The notes under the pieces: model-generated
The model's input: the letters and a program-made list of their open reading frames with translations, nothing else
Told to the model about the DNA's origin: nothing
The model's database searches: none
Shown here: piece after piece, positions 12,768 to 21,542 of the stretch
How positions within the stretch are numbered: the stretch's first letter is position 1
Layout of the letters: the number at the start of each line of letters is the position of its first letter
Translations under genes and position numbers: made by a program
Assembly (NCBI GenBank): GCA_025603075.1
Contig: MU626414.1
Coordinates: 1 to 47,312, forward strand
Direction: 5' to 3'
Source: Neoconidiobolus thromboides FSU 785
Taxonomy: Eukaryota > Fungi > Entomophthoromycota
DNA: 47,312 bases

Positions 12768-14162
12768 TTAACTAAGATAAGCCTTAGCATTTTTAACTCC
12801 TGGAGTAGGATAAAACCCAACCTTAGTATGACCAATGGGATGAATTGGAGGCAAATAATTGTTAGTATCATACTTCAATTTATTAAATCGTTTCTGTTCA
12901 TTTAACCTAACTTGAGAACTACCATATAAATTAGTTTTTGGTTTCAATGTGGGATAACCTACGCTTTCATTTGATAAAGATCTTAAATGTAAGTTGGGAC
13001 GTGTCTGCTGCACTAAAGGTTTATTTAGTTTTTTCATATTTACATTGTTATGCTGAGATGGGGTAATAGGGAATTTGTCCTTGTTCGTAGCTCTCTGTTT
13101 ACTTTCAATAATATCAATATAAGGTACCTGTTGAGTTGGTTTAGTTGGCTTATAACGAGGTAATTCTAAAGTTACATCCGATTGATTACGTCGATGCTTC
13201 TGTCTACTGAGTTTAGCAGTAGCGATGTTGTTACCATTGGAATTGAGTGTAAGATTCGTTTGAGATTGAAGTTGAGGATTAGAATTAGAATGTGAATGCT
13301 TATGCTTAGGTACCGTTGGTTTCACATTGATTAAGCCTCTTGGTTTTAATGATGAAATGGGATTAATTTTATTCATTTTATTACTATTAATTGTATTAAT
13401 AGAACTACTACTGCCATTGTTACTCAAGTTATTATTTATATTAATACTATTCTTAATATGATTATTTTTAATATTAGCGTCTCCAACATCAGGTTTAGTA
13501 TCTGAAACCAATTCTACTTGTTTAAATGGTACTTTAATAGGTGGTAATAAACTACAAACCATTTCATTGTCATTAATTTGAATAGAAGGTGAGCTTGGTC
13601 CTGCTTGAACTAAAAGTGAGGATTGATTCCAAGCTTGAATACAAGCTTCTCTAAAGCTATGTTGATTACTATTTGTTCCATTTTGATATTTATACAATGG
13701 CCAATGACTTGATAAGGTAAATAACCAACGATCTAAGTCCATTTTGTTATTGGACCTTAAGATAAGGTTCTCCCCATTTGATAAAGTGAGTACAAATGCT
13801 TTTGATGATTTAGCCATAAACCAAGCATCATTTTCTTTGACTTTATCTTTAATCAACTGAATATCCACAATATCTTCAATTTTGACCTTCCATTTAATAA
13901 TTAAATACTTGTGTGGCGTTGGGTTCAATAAAGTAGCGGAGGTTACATAGGGATTATTAGCTGGACTATTGATACTTCTTTGGGTCTTATAGCAATATAA
14001 AGTCTCACCATCAAACTTAAATAGTCTTCGCTGCCAGCATAAATTTTTGCCCAACTTCATTAAGTATCCGGAATATTGTAATTTTTTATTACCTATGCTA
14101 ATCCATTCCTTTCCTTTGCCAACTTTTTCTTTTAAACTTGCTTGTCTTGTTGTTAAAGTCAT
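12768..14162 (-). CDS. PH-domain protein with low-complexity C-terminus
   Basis: YSGYLMKLGKNLCWQRRLFKFDGETLYCYK ... LILRSNNKMDLDRWLFTL is a PH signature; 464-aa uninterrupted ORF with ATG start. Confidence 0.8.
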   Translation of the reverse strand: MTLTTRQASLKEKVGKGKEWISIGNKKLQYSGYLMKLGKNLCWQRRLFKFDGETLYCYKTQRSINSPANNPYVTSATLLNPTPHKYLIIKWKVKIEDIVDIQLIKDKVKENDAWFMAKSSKAFVLTLSNGENLILRSNNKMDLDRWLFTLSSHWPLYKYQNGTNSNQHSFREACIQAWNQSSLLVQAGPSSPSIQINDNEMVCSLLPPIKVPFKQVELVSDTKPDVGDANIKNNHIKNSININNNLSNNGSSSSINTINSNKMNKINPISSLKPRGLINVKPTVPKHKHSHSNSNPQLQSQTNLTLNSNGNNIATAKLSRQKHRRNQSDVTLELPRYKPTKPTQQVPYIDIIESKQRATNKDKFPITPSQHNNVNMKKLNKPLVQQTRPNLHLRSLSNESVGYPTLKPKTNLYGSSQVRLNEQKRFNKLKYDTNNYLPPIHPIGHTKVGFYPTPGVKNAKAYLS

Positions 14163-15128
14163 TTTTAACTAACTAAAATAGAAAATAAAGAAATAAAAAA
14201 ATAGAAAATAAAAAATAAAAAATAAAAAGATAATTTTGTTATTTATTGTACTTAAACTTAGTTCTATCTACTACACCTTTTAATTAACTTTATATGATAT
14301 TGGTTAATCCTCTCCTTAATATTGGGTACTCGATACTTGATTTGTTATTTTATTCTAAAATCCAATTTTAAGCCACAATTTAGTCTATTTTTATCATAAT
14401 TTCCAAATACAAATCATTATCTTTGATAAACTTAAAGCTGTTTGTTAATTAGCTAGATTTAAACTCTCTGAAAATGATCTCATTTTTTAGCTAAGCCTCG
14501 AAGCCTAACGAATAAAGCCAAGAAATTAATAATCTCAAATTTGAGAAAATGCCTTTTTTTATTCAATAATCTCATTTTAACTTACTAATGAGAACATTAT
14601 GCTTAACAATAGTCACATTCTGTCGATTCACGTCAGCTCAGTTTAAACCCAAAGTTCTATTGAATTCCAGTTGAATCCTTATAAAAGCCATAATCAAATA
14701 CAATTATTGAAAGTAACTTTGTTATTTGATTCAAAATAAACATATAAAATGATTTGGTTTCGCATTACTGAATTAATGATTGTTTTTGAATCCTATTTTA
14801 CATAAAAATATAATCAAAATGATGACATTAAAAACATTATCATTTCATTTGTAAACTGAGTTTAATTAAACTGTGAACTTTTATTTTCAGATTTAACCAA
14901 ACTTAAACGCCTCTATCTGAGATGTTCTTCTAATTAAATTCTTCTCTATGGAAGCCAATAACTAAATTCAATTGGAACTGAGCTCAACCTTATCTATTAT
15001 TTATGATAATTCTATTAACCGAATGTTTCTATCAAACTTAACTAATTTAGTTTGAATCTCATTTTATTTAAACAACTAGAAGATGGCTAGTATAATCAAA
15101 TTTGAAACAAAGATAACTTTATTTCGAA

Positions 15129-15222
15129 TATGAAAATGTGTTTTTTGTTTAAGAATTCTACTCAATGTTTCTGCTCAAATGACATTTAAAAAATGAAAAG
15201 TAATAAAATCAAAAACATCATA
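15129..15222 (-). mobile_element. MITE family A copy, degenerate
   Basis: TATGAAAATGTGTTTTTTGTTTAAGAATTCTACT..CTGCTCAAAT..TAAAAAATGAAAAGTAATAAAATCAAAAACATCATA. Confidence 0.6.
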
Positions 15223-16438
15223 GGTATAAAATTCAAAAGTAAATCATTTAATATAAGGATGTTTTTGTTTAACTAGTAATATTTCTTTACAATTTAAATT
15301 ACTTGAAAATAGATAAAATACTGAAACAAAAATATATTCCTAAATGATAATATATTCGAACACCTTTATTGATTAATATATGTAATCAGATATTAGTGAT
15401 ATATTTTAATATCTAAAGTACGAAATTTTCTAAATTAATTGTTTTATTATTAATGATGCTAAGACAACTTAGTTTAATTTAGTTACAATTTAAGATAAAG
15501 TTGAAACCCTTTTTTCTCAATTTATTATTTGAGGTTTACTTAGCTTTAAAACTAAATTGCTAATTTATTTATTTCATATTTAATAAATATTTAACTCCTT
15601 ACTTCAATTTATTATATAGACTTAATAATAAATCAATATATTGACTTTTTATTAACTACGATATTTGACTTTTATGTTATTTCTTTTTATTAGACTGTGA
15701 TATTTGTCTTATGAAGAATCTACAAGTCGAATATATTAAAATAGTATAATTATTGAAATTGAAATAGACTAAAGCTTTAGCTATTTTTGATTGAAATATG
15801 ATGAACAAATTTATTATAATTAACAGTTGACTTATTAATATTTTCTTTTTTTGATTTAATGTTAGCATTTATCCTCTTTTAGCAATCTTGATTAAATACT
15901 GATTCTGTCAAATCATAATTATCTAATAATATATTAATATTTCAATATTTGTATTTAGTAACCACTTAATAATTAAAATAATTAAAAACATATACGCTGT
16001 ATTAAACTAAATTTATTACCAAGCTTATTTACTACTTTAATTCCATACCTATTTTTAATAATAAGTATTAAGTTACTATGATATATTTGAAACAATAATA
16101 CCCGAGTTTACTTTTCATGATTTAACAAATTGATCGACTTTATAAATACTAACAAATTAATAAAACAAATGTCCAACCACTTATTGTAATCAAATATCTC
16201 AATAAACATCTCTGTTTCAAATATAACTTTTTTAAAATCATAGTGTTTATGACAAAATGATACCAAATGCATAACGATTATATTGAAAATTAGAGTAAAG
16301 CTAAAAGTAGGACAATTTAAGATTTTATTTTAGTGCTTTACTTATTTCTATTTCTAATATTACAGAAATTCCATCCCTCATGCTTAGCCATTTGATCACA
16401 TTTGAAAACCCAGACTTATCATTTTTGTGAAGTCTAAT

Positions 16439-16540
16439 AATGGAGATGTTTTTGATTTCATTATTTTTCCATTTTTCAAGTGTTATTTGAGTGGAAAAAT
16501 TGTTAGTAAAATTCTTAAATATAAAAATATATGCCCAATA
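16439..16540 (+). mobile_element. MITE family A copy
   Basis: ATGGAGATGTTTTTGATTTCATTATTTTTCC...TTTGAGTGGAAAAATTGTTAGTAAAATTCTTAAATATAAAAATATATGCCCAATA. Confidence 0.8.
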
Positions 16541-17100
16541 ATGAGTATGATTTATCAAATATAGTAATAATTGAACAACAAATAGAATTCGCTTGGAATG
16601 GTTTAACTTAGCAGTTAACTGGTCAAATTTTCTTTTACCAGATTCCTTGATTCCATTGGCTTATCTGCTAAAAATTTTCTCAAAAACTATCTAAATTATA
16701 AAGCTCTTTAAAAAAATTTTATTGGTCAAACCAGGGTCAAAAATTTTAGACCAATAAAATTAACTAAAAAATCCGAAAAAATTCGGTTCCCAAAAATCAC
16801 TATAAAGCTAAAAATGTAAAGATTATGTTAGATCGTTGGTTATGATCCCAATCCTTCTATTTAAAAAGTTGTATTTTATGACTTCCTACTTCTATCTATA
16901 GCTACAAGTGACGGTATGGTGGCTGTGTCTATAGTCTTGTAGTACTTGAATTTATCGACACAAACTGTGTTATGGACGCATGATTTGTTTTGTTTCTTTC
17001 TCTCCTTGTCTTACTGTAAACTATATTTCAGTGTCAATAGTTTCTCCCATTGTATTAAATATTAATAGGTAAGTAACAAAGCTTTGATAAGTTAAATAAT

Positions 17101-17183
17101 AATACAATGATGATCTAAATTTCAAATTTTCAAACTAGAGTTTCTGAACTACATTGATTAGAACTTTACTCTGAAATTGTATT
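17101..17183 (+). ncRNA. snR78: Box C/D snoRNA, snR78-like (predicted LSU Um, yeast position 2421)
   Basis: C box ATGATGA 17107-17113, D' CTGA 17144-17147, C' TGATTA 17155-17160, D CTGA 17171-17174, terminal stem AATACA/TGTATT; guide TCAAACTAGAGT (17130-17141) is complementary to conserved LSU ACUCUAGUUUGA, and the D+5 rule selects the U of GACUCUAG. Confidence 0.85.
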
Positions 17184-17335
17184 ACTTTTTAACTTTGTTA
17201 ATTAACTTCCAAAGTCCATTTACTTATTGTCTTTTTCTAGTTCTTTACTATCCCTTATCATTTTAAATGATATTTACTAATAAGTAACCGTATGTAATAT
17301 ATATGGTAAGTAGATAGTTTCTCTTATATACTTTT

Positions 17336-17418
17336 TTAAGTGATGATTTTCTTTAATGGAATTACCGTCCTAATTTTCTTGAAGGAAAACATAGCTGGCT
17401 GCTTTTTATACTGAAATT
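17336..17418 (+). ncRNA. snR77: Box C/D snoRNA, snR77-like (predicted SSU Um, yeast position 578)
   Basis: C box GTGATGA 17340-17346, guide TGGAATTACCG 17357-17367 complementary to SSU CGGUAAUUCCA, non-canonical D' (CCTA/CTAA), D CTGA 17411-17414; lies in an intron between the snR78- and snR75-like genes. Confidence 0.75.
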
Positions 17419-17592
17419 ACCTTAATTATTTAAAAGCTTTATTAGTATCATTTATATTAATTTTGATTTTATAGATTTTAATGCATTACCGCTTATCTTA
17501 CCCATGTATCATAATGCTCCATTGATAATTAATGTAAGTGTTTTTACTATTCTTAAACATAATAATAGTAGTTTTACTATTATTATTTTCAT

Positions 17593-17685
17593 CTAAATGA
17601 TGAGCCCTTATTAGATGACGAGTCTGATTCAAGCTATTGATGTTGAAAGACTTATATATAATTCCATTCATGCAAAACTGAGCAT
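17593..17685 (+). ncRNA. snR75: Box C/D snoRNA, snR75-like (predicted LSU Gm, yeast position 2288)
   Basis: C box ATGATGA 17597-17603, guide ATTAGATGACGAG 17610-17622 complementary to LSU CUCGUCAUCUAAU, D' CTGA 17624-17627 (D+5 selects the G of CUCG), C' TGATGT 17638-17643, second antisense TCCATTCATGC 17663-17673, D CTGA 17678-17681. Confidence 0.87.
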
Positions 17686-18356
17686 ATTATTATAGTTATT
17701 ACTATGAATTAATAAGATCTTTTTATTAATTCTTTTTTATAGTTAGGATCTTAATACCCACACATTCCATTCGTCATCCTCTATAAAATTATTTTTGTAA
17801 ATAAACAAGATATGTTATTTAATAAATTTTTACAATTCATTTATGCTATTATATTTTTTATGCAATCCAAGATTTATATTTTTATTTAAAATAAAGAATA
17901 GTAGAAGGTCCTATAACTAATTAAAGAGTAAAAAAATGATGAATTTATTAATAAATTGACTACAAATAAATTTACAGTTACCGGGAATTCTAAAGTAAGA
18001 GGGTAGAAGAGGAGAGAACTCATTAAGAAATAAACTAAAAATGCTATTAAAACATAAATGAATTTAAAATCAAATTAATTCATTGTATATTCTTAAACAA
18101 TCCTACTACTTATCCCATACCCTAACAGTGAATATAATTAAGTGGTAATTTAATATATAATAATTCAATCAACATATACCCAAAATCATAGTAATTAATT
18201 GAACTACTTCTTCTGCTATTAAATTTTAAGCGGATTAAGTAATTTAATTCAGATAATTATTAATACTTGACATGGTTATTTAAATAAAGTACAATTTATA
18301 ATTTCTTTTTAAAAATTTATTATTCAATATTTTAAATCCCTATTAAATCCTTTACC

Positions 18357-19328
18357 ATGTATTATACATTGTCCATTCTTCAACAGCCAAAACAAGCACG
18401 CCAATGTAGTGGCCGTGATAAAATTGATCGTCGTCCTATTGATCCACCACCAATTTTACAAATCCATAGCAATAGTCCCACCCACGATGGAGATGAAGAC
18501 ATCAATGACAACTCTCAGCTTCATTTTATTAATGTAAAGTTAGTCGACAGTGCCAGTCTACTCCCGATAGAAAACTATAAACCAAACAGCGTACTCAATG
18601 GGGGGTTAAGTCAAACCACCCAACTGATTAAAGACTTGAACAATCAAATAAAAAATTTAATTTTGTTCCAAGATTTATCAGTGAGAGTGGAAGGCATTTT
18701 TAAATTAAAGTTCACTCATTTTATTATTAAAGACGATGTGACAATTCAATTGTCTTCAACTTATTCCACTCCCTTCCAAGTATTTAATCCAAAATCATTT
18801 CCTGGTATGATGGAGTCTACCTTATTGACCAGATTGTGTGCATCTCAAGGTATTAAAATTCGTGTAAGAATGCAAAGTAGAAGAAATAGCAATAATATTA
18901 ACAATAATAATATTAATTTAATTAATAATAACAATGTCGATAAAAGGAAACAATCTTTAATATCTTGCATTTATAATCCAACCAATGACTCATTAGCTAA
19001 AGAAGAAGGTTCCCCATTATCGATTTCTAGTCAAACCGCTTTAAATACTCCTCAAAATAACAATCATTCTACGTTTTATAATGAATCCTTTGTTTATCAA
19101 AAGTATCCTTTGAATCTACCAATGATTACTATACCTTCTAATATAGCTAACAAGAAAGACAATTGTTATAATCATAACAGTTATAGTTATAATGGTTATA
19201 ACAACAATGCATTGAACAATGAATATACAATTAGTTCTTTTAAAAAGCCTAAAGCGGCTACATTGAATCCGACAGATAATAGGGACTTTGATAAGCTGTT
19301 TTTATCATATCTAAAATCAATCTATTAA
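18357..19328 (+). CDS. Velvet-domain transcriptional regulator
   Basis: YTLSILQQPKQARQCSG..DRRPIDPPPILQI, FQDLSVRVEGIFKLKF, YSTPFQVFNPKSFPGMMESTLLTRLCASQGIKIRVR are hallmark velvet motifs; the subfamily (VosA/VelB/VelC) is not assignable by eye. Confidence 0.9.
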   Translation: MYYTLSILQQPKQARQCSGRDKIDRRPIDPPPILQIHSNSPTHDGDEDINDNSQLHFINVKLVDSASLLPIENYKPNSVLNGGLSQTTQLIKDLNNQIKNLILFQDLSVRVEGIFKLKFTHFIIKDDVTIQLSSTYSTPFQVFNPKSFPGMMESTLLTRLCASQGIKIRVRMQSRRNSNNINNNNINLINNNNVDKRKQSLISCIYNPTNDSLAKEEGSPLSISSQTALNTPQNNNHSTFYNESFVYQKYPLNLPMITIPSNIANKKDNCYNHNSYSYNGYNNNALNNEYTISSFKKPKAATLNPTDNRDFDKLFLSYLKSIY

Positions 19329-19915
19329 TCCCCTGTTTTCAATTCCTTTTGTTGTCTTTATGTTGGTCATTTTTATATATTAAATAATAAAGATATTTCG
19401 TTCGTTAATTAAGTTTTAACTTTATTTTTGTGTACTAATTTTTATTTTATTTTATTGTTCAGCACTATTGATATAATCTAAACATAGCTAAACCTTTTAA
19501 TTTGTTCCTATTTTTATTTAATATTTTAGTTAATATCTGTTATATAATTAAAACCTTAAAGTAAAATGATGGCGAATTAAAAAATTTACTCACGTTTAAA
19601 TTGGATTGGCAATAACTTTCAAGATTAGAATGGTATTATTTTAGTTAATAAAAATAAAACCAGTTAATGACCCGTTAAAATATATTTAAAAATAGTAAAA
19701 TTAAAAATAAGATTTTAGCCAATAGAAAAAATCGGAGATCTAGTTAAAGCATATTTCATTGGATAATAAGTATACAAATTATAATTTGAAAGGAAAAAAT
19801 AATATATCAATAAAACTCTTTCAACGGTATCCAAAGGATAATTAAATCAAGTAAAGTAACTTTGACCAGTTAATTTTATAAAATCCTCCTATATAAACAA
19901 GCTAAATGAAAAAAT

Positions 19916-20368
19916 ATGAAGTATAAAAAATATAAACTAATGATTACGAATTATACATATAATACAAAAACTACAATGTATAGTCATTCATATAAAAGTC
20001 CGACTACTACCAACACTTCTATCCATCCTTTTAGAGAGTATATAACAAGCTTATACTTCTTATCTAACAACAAGTTAGTCAAGATAAAATCTAACTCAAT
20101 GCCTTCAGCAAGTGGACCCAATCCACCCTTAAGGGTTAAATTAATGATCTGTAATATGATTCAGTTTACTTCCAAAGCAATGAAGCAGCCAGCGTATATA
20201 TCGATGAGGTTTTATCCCAATGATCTCAAATTGATTAAATTTAAGGAGGGTGGCAATAGCAATAATAATCATAGCAGTAATAGTAATACTGTTAGTAATA
20301 CTAAAGATAATACTAAGTTATTGACTATCAACTTAAGTTTAAGACAAAGTACCACAGTTATGGTATAA
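19916..20368 (+). CDS. Hypothetical small protein (start may be 19979)
   Basis: 150-codon ATG ORF in DNA where random ORFs are short; Asn/Ser-rich tail; no family recognised. Confidence 0.4.
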   Translation: MKYKKYKLMITNYTYNTKTTMYSHSYKSPTTTNTSIHPFREYITSLYFLSNNKLVKIKSNSMPSASGPNPPLRVKLMICNMIQFTSKAMKQPAYISMRFYPNDLKLIKFKEGGNSNNNHSSNSNTVSNTKDNTKLLTINLSLRQSTTVMV

Positions 20369-20582
20369 GCATTAGTGGTGATATTAGCATTAGTAGTAGT
20401 ATTATAAATAAGTCAACTTTAATTTTATATAAAGTTAGAATTAAAAGGGAAGTTGGTTGGCTGAAGCTAAAAATAGAAAATGAGAGCATTTTTTAAAAAG
20501 TAATAAAGTTGAATAAAAAACTAAAAATTGATTTACTTCTTTTAATTTGAATTTATTATCACAATTAAATCGACTATAAAAA

Positions 20583-21461
20583 ATGAAATTAAAACCAGAA
20601 CAGATACTGATAGGTATAAGATTGAGTGTGAAAGCACTTTATAAATCGGTACAAAACAAAAAGATTCAGCGTTATTTTTATAAAGCTTTTTTATTCCTAA
20701 GTATAAGTAAAAGTGTGTTTTACATCTTATTCAATAGTTTATTTTACTTACTAAACTACCTCTTGATGTATTTGTTCAACTTTGACATCAACCAATTTAT
20801 ATTAAACTACTCTTCCATCGTATTTATCAATAATTTGTTTATATTAAGGTACATTTACCCTTACCCAATGAATAACATATTCTTATCAAATTTAAAGCTA
20901 TATGGTAAAAATACAGAGTTGGTTGAATATTTGGTAAAAAACAGTGATTATAAACTAGATTATTATTTGGAGTTAAAACAAGGATTATTACGTAACTTGA
21001 AACGCATGGCTTATTTTGGTTTGTTATTTTTAGTATCAAAGATACCTGTGGTCGGTCCTTTAATATTACCATTGAATTTATTCCTTTTATTCAATCGTAT
21101 GCTTGGTTTTAAGTTAGCCCTATTCATTACTTTGATACCGACTTTTTTTAACTCAAATCAAAATTATTGTTTATTAATTATCAAATTTTATTATACTAGT
21201 AGAAGTATTATAAGAGAATTATTTGAACCTTATTTCAATCGCTTGGAGATGGATCAGAAACAAAGAGCTCTTTTTTTTAAGAAAAAGTTTTCGATTACGT
21301 TTGGATTTTCTATTTTATTTTATTTCTTAATGTTAATCCCCTTCTTTGGGCCGGCTTTTTATATCATGGCCCAAGCTTCCATTGTTATATTGTTAAACTA
21401 TTTTATTGATAATTATGACCAGCAATCAATCATGCCGATTCCTACCTCAAAAGAACTTTAA
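20583..21461 (+). CDS. Multi-pass membrane protein, EI24-domain-like
   Basis: Several hydrophobic segments; SKIPVVGPLILP, SRSIIRELFEPYFNR and LMLIPFFGPAFYIMAQAS resemble the fungal EI24 family. Confidence 0.65.
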   Translation: MKLKPEQILIGIRLSVKALYKSVQNKKIQRYFYKAFLFLSISKSVFYILFNSLFYLLNYLLMYLFNFDINQFILNYSSIVFINNLFILRYIYPYPMNNIFLSNLKLYGKNTELVEYLVKNSDYKLDYYLELKQGLLRNLKRMAYFGLLFLVSKIPVVGPLILPLNLFLLFNRMLGFKLALFITLIPTFFNSNQNYCLLIIKFYYTSRSIIRELFEPYFNRLEMDQKQRALFFKKKFSITFGFSILFYFLMLIPFFGPAFYIMAQASIVILLNYFIDNYDQQSIMPIPTSKEL

Positions 21462-21542
21462 AAAATAAATTCGTTACATTATTAAAAACAAACTAATGTT
21501 TTCTTACTATTATTTATTAAATAAACAAAAAAGGATAACAGT

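Larger units (their letters stand above)
17069..17742 (+). ncRNA. Putative non-coding snoRNA host gene (three snoRNA-bearing introns; transcript ends not defined)
   Basis: Introns 17069-17240, 17306-17474 and 17534-17742 all start GTAAGT and end pyrimidine-rich..AG; each holds one C/D snoRNA whose D box ends 60-66 nt before the 3' splice site; the 59-65 nt internal exons show no meaningful ORF. Confidence 0.75.

Noticed and set aside
10038-16558. Short ORFs 10038-10235, 15677-15868 and 16325-16558
   Set aside because: Two overlap MITE copies and the third is low-complexity AT-rich sequence; no motifs
17936-17995. ATGATGA C-box-like motif downstream of the snoRNA cluster
   Set aside because: No CTGA D box and no rRNA-complementary guide I could identify
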